Source: a virus (lineage: Duplodnaviria > Caudoviricetes). Taken from it: 64,000 nucleotides of DNA. The position numbers and the translations under genes were made by a program. Positions 17,686 through 25,600 of the stretch are shown in pieces. Below the pieces are notes generated by a model. The model was given only the letters and a program-made list of their open reading frames with translations. It was not told the origin of the DNA and ran no database searches. The DNA is taken from the IMG/VR virus record IMGVR_UViG_3300042868_003477, positions 1,458 through 65,457 of that record; one strand, 5' to 3'. Numbering within the stretch: position 1 is the stretch's first letter; every line of letters begins with the position of its first letter.

Positions 17686-18075
17686 ATGAGTGAAAACACA
17701 ATGATGCTTGTTCAAGCTACATGGCAAGAAAAGCAAACTTTTAGAATGATTCCAATTGCGGATTCATGTCCTTATGTAGAATGTATCTTTGACCCTGAAA
17801 CTAAGGTCTTTGTCATCATTTCTAAGCAAACCAAACAGTCTTTGCATATGTTACCTAAGTTAGATGACAATGGTGATCCAATGCAGATTAAAACTCCAAG
17901 ACCTAATGGTAGAACTTTTAGAGAAGAAAGACACAAGATTGAAGTATTTCAAGAATTTTATGTAGAAGATAAATCTGCAGTAGAAGAACTGATTAAACTT
18001 TTTGCAGTTAATGTTAAAAAGTTTGATTATAAACAATTCTTGGGTTTACCAAGTAAAGAAGCTGCTAGTGAGTAG
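17686..18075 (+). CDS. hypothetical protein (apparently monocistronic)
   Basis: 129-aa ORF between a promoter and a terminator. Confidence 0.8.
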   Translation: MSENTMMLVQATWQEKQTFRMIPIADSCPYVECIFDPETKVFVIISKQTKQSLHMLPKLDDNGDPMQIKTPRPNGRTFREERHKIEVFQEFYVEDKSAVEELIKLFAVNVKKFDYKQFLGLPSKEAASE

Positions 18076-18092
18076 TTTTTAAATTAAACAGG

Positions 18093-18126
18093 AAAAGGGT
18101 AAGTAGAAATATTTACCCTTTTTTTT
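18093..18126 (+). terminator. intrinsic terminator
   Basis: AAAAGGGTAAGTA-gaaa-TATTTACCCTTTT plus T run. Confidence 0.85.
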
Positions 18127-18166
18127 ATTAACTTAAATAGGGGGAACAGCTTAACTGAACTATATT

Positions 18167-18361
18167 ATGGATATAAATAGTAAAGAATACCGTTTACATA
18201 AATTTAAATTTGGTAAATATAAAGGTTCAAGAATTAGTGAATTTTATGGTTTACAATATCTTGAATGGTTATATGAAAGTACTAAGTTAGATGATCAGAC
18301 TAGACAAGTAATTGGACTTAGAATTTATCAGTTAAGTAATCCTAAAAGTTATAAAATATGA
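18167..18361 (+). CDS. small FGKYKG-motif protein (DUF3820/ExoX C-terminal-like)
   Basis: FKFGKYKG.RI......YLEWL. Confidence 0.6.
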   Translation: MDINSKEYRLHKFKFGKYKGSRISEFYGLQYLEWLYESTKLDDQTRQVIGLRIYQLSNPKSYKI

Positions 18362-20256
18362 AAACACATTATGTGATGGATTATGAAACTTTATCTAATT
18401 GCTTTTTAGGTGTGTTTGAAAGTATCAAGTCTGAAGAAAGAAAGATATTTGTTATACATGAGTCTAGAAATGACTTAGAAATTTTTCTTGAGTTTTTAGC
18501 ACACAACATTCAGAACAATGAATGGCATGTTAGCTTCAATGGTCTTGGTTTTGACAGTCAAATTACTGAACATATACTTAGAAATGCTGGTATGCTTTCA
18601 TTTATGTCTAGTGAAGAGGTTGCTGAATGGATTTATGAAAAAGCTCAGGATGTAATTGATAGACAAAACAGAAGAGAATTCTTAGAGTTTAGTCCTAAAG
18701 ATTTACAGATACAACAAATTGATGTATTCAAACTAAATCATTGGGATAATCCTGCTAAAAGATCTAGTCTTAAATGGATACAGTATACTATGGATTGGAA
18801 GAATATCATAGATATGCCAATTCAACATTTTACTAAAATAACAGAAAGCCAGGTACCAGAAATTATTAATTATTGTATTAATGATGTTAGGTCTACTAAA
18901 GCTATTATGTTTCTAAGTAAGTCTCAAATTGAACTTAGAAGAACTCTTACTGAAGAATATGGTATTAATTTATTCTCAGCTTCTGAACCAAGAATATCTA
19001 AAGAACTCTTTTTACATTTCCTAAGTAAACATACTGGTATTAGAAAATATGATCTCAAGAATATGAGAACTCATAGACCTAAGATAGTTGTTAAAGATAT
19101 CATACTACCTTATATTGAATTTAAGACAGCACCATTTCAACATTTGCTATCTAAGTTTAATGATGTAGTTATATATCCGGGAGAAACTAAAGGTGGTTTT
19201 AAGTATTCTGTACAATATAAAGGAGTAAAAACAGACTATGGTTTAGGTGGTATTCATGGTGCACGTCCTTCTAGAGTTTATAATTCTGATAAAGACATGG
19301 TTATAATGACTAGTGATGTTACTAGTTTTTATCCTAATCTAGCAATTAGAAATAAATGGGCTCCAGGACATCTTCCACAAAAAGCATTTTGTGATTTGTA
19401 TGAATGGTTCTTTGAAGAAAGAAAGAAGATACCTAAGAAGGATCCTAAGAACTATGTATACAAGATTATCTTAAACTCAACCTATGGGTTAAGTAATGAT
19501 GAGAATAGTTTCTTATATGATCCTGAGTTTACTATGAGAATTACTATCAATGGTCAGCTAAGTCTTAGTATGTTATATGAGATGATTTGTGAAGAGATTC
19601 CTGGATCTATACCATTAATGCAGAATACAGATGGTCTTGAGACTTTAATTCCAAGAGAGTATGTAGAACAGTATATGGAAATTTGTGCACGGTGGGAAAA
19701 GATAACTAATCTACAGCTTGAGCATGACAAATATTCTAAGATAGTTCTTGGTGATGTAAACAACTATATAGCTGTTACTGAAGATGGTAAGTCTAAATGT
19801 AAAGGTAGATTTGAGTTTAAGGACTTAGCTCTTCATAAAAATAAGAGTTTTTTAATTATACCTAAAGCTTTACATGCATATTTTGTTGAAGGAATTCAAC
19901 CTGAAGATTTTCTTAAAGCTAACACAAATATCTTTGATTATTGTGGTGGTGTTAAAATTAAAGGTGATTGGAAATTTGTAGAACATAAAATAGAAAAGGG
20001 TGATCATATTACAAAGAATTTACAACATACTTTAAGATATTATATTTCTAAATCAGGAAGTAAAATACTTAAGGTTAATAGAAATGACAATAGACAAATT
20101 CAAATTGAGGCAGGTCCTTGGATGCAGACTTTGTATATTGATCATGAAGAAAAAAATATCTCTGAATATACTATCAACTATGATTATTATTTACAAAACA
20201 TAAGAAAAGAAATAGAAGGTTTAGAACCTAACTCACAACAATTAAAATTATTTTAA
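18358..20256 (+). CDS. polB: family B DNA polymerase
   Basis: Exo I DYE, Exo II FNGLGFD, Exo III YCINDV; Pol motifs DVTSFYPN, KIILNSTYG, NTDG; C-terminal QLKLF. Confidence 0.93.
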   Translation: MKTHYVMDYETLSNCFLGVFESIKSEERKIFVIHESRNDLEIFLEFLAHNIQNNEWHVSFNGLGFDSQITEHILRNAGMLSFMSSEEVAEWIYEKAQDVIDRQNRREFLEFSPKDLQIQQIDVFKLNHWDNPAKRSSLKWIQYTMDWKNIIDMPIQHFTKITESQVPEIINYCINDVRSTKAIMFLSKSQIELRRTLTEEYGINLFSASEPRISKELFLHFLSKHTGIRKYDLKNMRTHRPKIVVKDIILPYIEFKTAPFQHLLSKFNDVVIYPGETKGGFKYSVQYKGVKTDYGLGGIHGARPSRVYNSDKDMVIMTSDVTSFYPNLAIRNKWAPGHLPQKAFCDLYEWFFEERKKIPKKDPKNYVYKIILNSTYGLSNDENSFLYDPEFTMRITINGQLSLSMLYEMICEEIPGSIPLMQNTDGLETLIPREYVEQYMEICARWEKITNLQLEHDKYSKIVLGDVNNYIAVTEDGKSKCKGRFEFKDLALHKNKSFLIIPKALHAYFVEGIQPEDFLKANTNIFDYCGGVKIKGDWKFVEHKIEKGDHITKNLQHTLRYYISKSGSKILKVNRNDNRQIQIEAGPWMQTLYIDHEEKNISEYTINYDYYLQNIRKEIEGLEPNSQQLKLF

Positions 20257-21603
20257 ATGCCAAAGAAAATACAAAACACAACAAAGGCCACTTTAATTAG
20301 TGTGCCTTTACCAAATCATGCTGCTACTTACACTGTAATTAGCCACCAATTTGTAATAGATTATGCATTCCAATCTCTTGCTGCTGCAGGATTTGGAATT
20401 GTAGAAGAGGAGTACAGATGTACTGCTGATGGACAAATAGCTCAAGGAATTTATAAATTAAATTTTAATTCTGATCCTGAGTTGTCAATGATGTTTGCTT
20501 GGACAAACAGTTATAATAAACAAGTAAAGTTTAAATGTGTAATTGGTGCTTATATAAATGAAACAGGATCAGTAATGATTTCTGGTAATATAGGTAACTG
20601 GGTTAGAAAACACACTGGAACTGCAGATACTGAAGTAAAAGATACTATAGACCAATATGTGTCTAATGCACACATGTACTATACTCAATTATGTTCTGAT
20701 AAAGTTTCTATGGAAGCAATAATCTTAAATAAAAGAAGACAAGCTCAACTTTTAGGAGTATTATTTGCAGAGTATGAGATTCTTACTACTGAACAAGCTA
20801 GTATTATTAGAGAGCAAATGAAGAAACCAAAACAAGTATTTGCTAATACAGATAGTTTGTGGGCATTTTATAATTTTGTAACTAATGCGTTACAATATTC
20901 TCATCCTAAAACATGGTTAGAAGATCAAAGAATTTTACATTACTTTATTGGTACTATCTGTAATTTAAGTGCACCACCTCAACCCGTTAGTACACCAGTT
21001 CCAGATTTAAGTACACCACCTGAAGATTTAAGTGCACCAGTAGAAGAAGTAGATCCTTTATATGTTATTCCTAATCAGACTAATATCTTAGATCAGATTG
21101 CAGATTTAGAAGCAGATGAAATAGATGAAGATATTAGATATGCTGAAAATGATGACACCTATGATGACACCTATGATCAAAATGATGACACCTCTAAGAA
21201 TGATGACAATGAAGGTCCTTTTGATACAGGTATAGATTATGAAGAAGATTCAATAGTTGATCCATCTGACATAACTTTTCCAGAAGTTACTGTAGAAGAT
21301 GATTTACCTTTACCTAATGATACAGTTGTAACTTTTGAAGATGCTTTTGGTAATACATTTGAAGCTCCAATAGTTCCACATTGTGCTGGTCATGATGCTG
21401 AGACAGAAAAAGAAGAGTTCTTATCACTTACTCCTACAATAGCAGATATTGAAGAGTATGAAGAAGAACAAAAAAGAGAATTTATGGAACCTAGTGAAGC
21501 TAATTTAGATATTACTACTGAAGAAGTAGAAGATGACTTTGATTTAGATTTTACTAGTAATGAAACTGAAGAAGATAAGGATAATACTCCTGACTTTTTC
21601 TAA
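20257..21603 (+). CDS. DUF932-like domain protein with long acidic disordered tail
   Basis: YTVISH...NSYN...GAY...RKHTG...LWAFYNFVT pattern; C-terminal ~200 aa D/E-rich, ending PDFF. Confidence 0.6.
   Translation: MPKKIQNTTKATLISVPLPNHAATYTVISHQFVIDYAFQSLAAAGFGIVEEEYRCTADGQIAQGIYKLNFNSDPELSMMFAWTNSYNKQVKFKCVIGAYINETGSVMISGNIGNWVRKHTGTADTEVKDTIDQYVSNAHMYYTQLCSDKVSMEAIILNKRRQAQLLGVLFAEYEILTTEQASIIREQMKKPKQVFANTDSLWAFYNFVTNALQYSHPKTWLEDQRILHYFIGTICNLSAPPQPVSTPVPDLSTPPEDLSAPVEEVDPLYVIPNQTNILDQIADLEADEIDEDIRYAENDDTYDDTYDQNDDTSKNDDNEGPFDTGIDYEEDSIVDPSDITFPEVTVEDDLPLPNDTVVTFEDAFGNTFEAPIVPHCAGHDAETEKEEFLSLTPTIADIEEYEEEQKREFMEPSEANLDITTEEVEDDFDLDFTSNETEEDKDNTPDFF
20963..21193 (+). repeat. short in-frame repeats in the acidic tail
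   Basis: ATTTAAGT(G/A)CACCA x3 (20963, 21005, 21026); ATGATGACACCT x3 (21149, 21161, 21182). Confidence 0.75.
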
Positions 21604-21645
21604 AGATCCTTGCTTGAATAGGCTGGGTTAAACAAATAATCAATT

Positions 21646-21676
21646 AAGGGATGCAGAAATGTATCCCTTTTTTTTT
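21646..21676 (+). terminator. intrinsic terminator
   Basis: AAGGGATGCA-gaaa-TGTATCCCTT plus T run. Confidence 0.85.
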
Positions 21677-21687
21677 AATTTTACAAC

Positions 21688-22095
21688 ATGGAAAAACAAT
21701 TAAAGCAAGTTGAACAATTTCACACAGCATTTGGACAGAAAAATGGCACATGGCCTAAAAACTTAAATGCAGATGGATATGAACTTAGACATAGACTTAT
21801 GTCTGAAGAGAATGATGAATACTTAGATGCATGTGATGAAAATTCACTAGTAGAAATTGCTGATGCACTTGGTGATCAGTTATATATCTTATGTGGTACT
21901 ATTCTTAAACACGGTATGCAGCATATTATAGAAGAGGTATTTGATGAAATACAAGCAAGTAATATGAGTAAACTTGGTGAAGATGGTAAGCCTTTATTAA
22001 GAGAAGACGGTAAGATACTTAAAGGACCTGGATTTTTCAAACCAGATTTAACTAAGTTTATTAAAGTTGACACAGATGAATCCAATAGCATTTAA
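21688..22095 (+). CDS. MazG-like all-alpha NTP pyrophosphohydrolase (DR2231-like, probable dUTPase)
   Basis: EENDEY...EIADALGDQLY...SNMSKLGEDGKP..REDGKILKGP. Confidence 0.85.
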   Translation: MEKQLKQVEQFHTAFGQKNGTWPKNLNADGYELRHRLMSEENDEYLDACDENSLVEIADALGDQLYILCGTILKHGMQHIIEEVFDEIQASNMSKLGEDGKPLLREDGKILKGPGFFKPDLTKFIKVDTDESNSI

Positions 22096-22255
22096 GAAAG
22101 CAATGCTTGAAGCATACATGTCTGGAGCAGAAAGCATGTATTGTGGTTGTTATGAAAGACCAACAAAAGCAACAGCTAGAGATTGGTTTGATAATGAGTA
22201 TGGACAACAAGAGTCAGAAGAATGTGACTGTTGTGAAGAAGATGAAGAAGAATGA
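22076..22255 (+). CDS. small acidic Cys-containing hypothetical protein
   Basis: ATG 22076 in frame with the track ORF; CGC and CDCC motifs. Confidence 0.55.
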   Translation: MNPIAFKKAMLEAYMSGAESMYCGCYERPTKATARDWFDNEYGQQESEECDCCEEDEEE

Positions 22256-22587
22256 AATGGTATGTAATTAGAAATCCTCAATGGAAATATAATAATGAAG
22301 TTTCTGTATTAAAAAGAGGTTGGGGAAATGGTTATGTTGCTGTATCACCTACTCATCCTGCTTATAAAATGGACTATGATACATTATTGTATCCAATAGA
22401 GGTACATGGGGGATTAACTTATACTCAATTTGGAAATGGTGAAAATGCACCAAAAGATTGGTGGGTATTTGGATTTGATACAAGTCATTTTCAAGATAAT
22501 TTAGAAAACTGGCCTAAAGAAGCTGTAGAAGCTGAAACAAAAAGATTATTCTGTCAATTACTTGACATAGAATTGGGAGAACTTTAA
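22252..22587 (+). CDS. conserved phage hypothetical protein (GYV..HP...VHGGLTY...GFD..H family)
   Basis: NGYVAV..HP, EVHGGLTY, WVFGFDTSH. Confidence 0.7.
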   Translation: MKWYVIRNPQWKYNNEVSVLKRGWGNGYVAVSPTHPAYKMDYDTLLYPIEVHGGLTYTQFGNGENAPKDWWVFGFDTSHFQDNLENWPKEAVEAETKRLFCQLLDIELGEL

Positions 22588-22606
22588 AAGGTTCTCCCTT
22601 TTTTTT
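22575..22606 (+). terminator. terminator at the convergence of the two arms
   Basis: GGGAGAACTT...AGGTTCTCCC stem with T8 run; the upstream stop codon lies in the loop. Confidence 0.8.
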
Positions 22607-25600
22607 ATCTTAAGTTCTCAAAAATCTCTGCTTTTTTGATAGCCCATATAGGACCTGATTCCCATTCACCTGCAGGAGGTATAACATTTTTACCAGATAA
22701 GCCAAATATATTACCAATGTGATTCCATATTTTATAGCTACCTTCTTTTTGCCATGAATAAGGACCTACTTCTTGTTTATATATAGCTTTATCACTACCT
22801 GTTACTATAAGACCTAAATCTGTAACAATCTTAGAATATAAACTTAAAGTTGGACCTACTACAATAGATGATGTTTCTGTAAAATCTAACCATTCATCCA
22901 TACCTACACCTGGAATAGGAATAAAAGATTGATTTTCTCTTTGTACCATCATAAGCTGATATAATGCATGATTTGCTAACCAACCACCAGCACCATATCT
23001 TTCTTGTCTCATTCTCATTTTTTCAAATCTGTCTTCATCTCCTGGATCATAGTCAAATAAATAAGTAACAAGTAAACCTGTAAAAAATAACATCATGCCT
23101 TCTGTAACTACCTCATAAACTTGACCTTTTTCTTCTTTAGTCATTATTGGCCAGTAGTTTCTAGCATCTGTAATTAAATTTTTAGTTGTAGCTAAAAACT
23201 GTATATACTTACCTCTGTTAGCTTCATTTAAATCCCAATCCCAAACTTCACCGAATCTATTCTCTTTAGACATGTCAGCTTGATATCTAGATAAGAACAT
23301 ACCTGTACCAAATTTTCTAGAAAAAGTAAATACATCATATAACAAATATTTTTCTCCAATAGGACTATCTATTTTAGCCATAGTACCATTTAGTTTTTTA
23401 TTTGCTGAAGCCATTCTTCTTTTCATTTCATTAAACTTAGTGTTTCTTGAAATTACTAATGAGTCTCCTACATTTATTTGAGCACTAGGTTTTAAATTAT
23501 TTTTTTTAGCTAACTCATCCACAGACATATTGTATCTTTTTGCTAAAGTAGCAAGAGTGTCTCCAGCTTCAATAGTATGATCTAAGTTCTTAATACCATA
23601 TTCTGGATTAATTCCATCTTTTAGTTTTAATAAACCTTCTTTATCTGTTTCAAAAGCTTCAGCATATCTAATTTCTTTTGGTGTGCCATCTGGTTGTATT
23701 TGTTCAACTGTTTGAAACTCTAATAAACTAAATCCTATATCTAAAGATCCTTGTAATTCAGTTAATTTTCTATCTGAATATAACCAAGCAGCATTTAATA
23801 AATCTTTAACAGCAGTTCTTGATGCTGAATCTGTTGAATTTTTTTCTGCTTTACCTGGAGACATATCAAAAGCATCCATAACTTGTAAGTTAAGACTTTT
23901 TACACCTTTAGCATAAGCTCCTGTAGCAGCATATTCCATAACAGTTTTTGCAGAAGTAATTGTACCTCTAGCCATTGATGAAAAACTTATATGTTTACCT
24001 CCTGCTGCATAAATAAGCTTTTGAAAATCCATACCAAGTTTATTCTTTAATGTTGATACAGGATTCAATGAATAGAATGAAAATCTAGCATTAGACATTA
24101 AACCTCTAATTACTTTACTAATTTTTACATTATCTTGTTCCCATTCACTTACATTTTTACCATAGAAAGTTCTATCAATGTAGTCCTTAGCAAGTTGTAG
24201 TCTTTGATTATTACTTCTTTTTAAAAACATTGAAGCTCCATCCTTAGCTTTAGCAAGTACAGAACTTGCTACATCTAATCTATCTAAAGCATTATTAGGA
24301 TCAGCCAAAGTATTTAAGTAAGCATTAGCAATAGGCTCATATTCAATAAGAGCATTTTGTTTATCAAGAGAATAACCATAAGTCAATAATGATCTAAGAA
24401 TATCTGGAGATACATCATTTACATTCATTTTATATAAACCTCTTACAGGTACCCTTGATATTGGATTACCTTGTAAATCAGTTTTAATATATAGGTGTTT
24501 AGTATCAAAGTTAAGACCTCTTTCAGCATCATCATTAGCACTCATTACCCATGACTTTACATTACTTAAAATATCACTAGACTTGTCCTTAATGTCTTTC
24601 TTTAAATTAGTTGTAGCTAAATATTCTAAATTATCTTGTTTTCTGAATCTAGGAAAATCTAAATACATTCTTGAAGAATATGGTGATTCTTCTTGCATAG
24701 ATAAAGTATCTTTCTTTAATTTTTCTAATAACTTAAACTGAGCATTATTGGAAGCTTTTAATTGATAATATTTTTCATTCATATATTTACCATTAGCGGA
24801 GCCTACAGCAAATTCTTTAGGTAAAAAATTACCTTTATTATCTATATGAACACCAACTTCTAACTCAACCTTTTGAGTTTTAGGATTGTATCCGGTTTTA
24901 TATTGATCTTTTATTTTTGTATATGAATACTTAGCAATGGGTACTCCAGCTCTTTTAAACACTTCACCAGTTGAAGGATCTTTAATTTCTGTAGTTTTAT
25001 AATGTTCTGGATTTGTTGGTTTTGATACACTCCATACTTTTAATCTATAGTATTTAGATATATAACCACCAACACTAACATCATAGATTTCTCTTGAGTA
25101 ATGATTTCTATCAAACCATTCAGCAAATCTTGAGTTTTTAGCTTTAGCCTCTAGTAAGTTAGAAGAATTAATCCAAGACTCAGCATTATCAACATTAACT
25201 TCTTCTATTTTAAGATCACCTAAAGCTTTTGTAAAAGAAGTAATATAATAATCAGTAGCACTAGTTTCTGTTAAATCAGCTAACATTCTGTATAAGTTTC
25301 TAAGATAACTTATTTCTTCAGCTGCCATACCAAAAGCTTTTTTATTAGCTATTAATCCGCTATACTCAGCTTTTTCTTCAGGAGTCATCTCATTGAACTT
25401 GTTTTGAGCTATAATAGATTCCTCATAGTATCTTAACTTTTTAGCTTCTTCTTTTGTTAGTCCTGTCTTTTTATCAAATTGTTCTTGAGCATCTACTATT
25501 TCTAGTTCTATTTGCTTTAATCTTTTAATAGTATCTATACCTAGTTCAAGACCATTAGGTTCTCCATCTTTATCAGTTACCCTATTAACAATATTATATC

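Noticed and set aside
5443-22091. Short antisense or alternate-frame ORFs in the + arm (5443, 6142, 6420, 6782, 7816, 8169, 8713, 10953, 11870, 11946, 15856, 16531, 19554, 21876)
   Set aside because: They overlap well-supported genes and have the Ser/Leu/Phe-rich composition typical of shadow frames.
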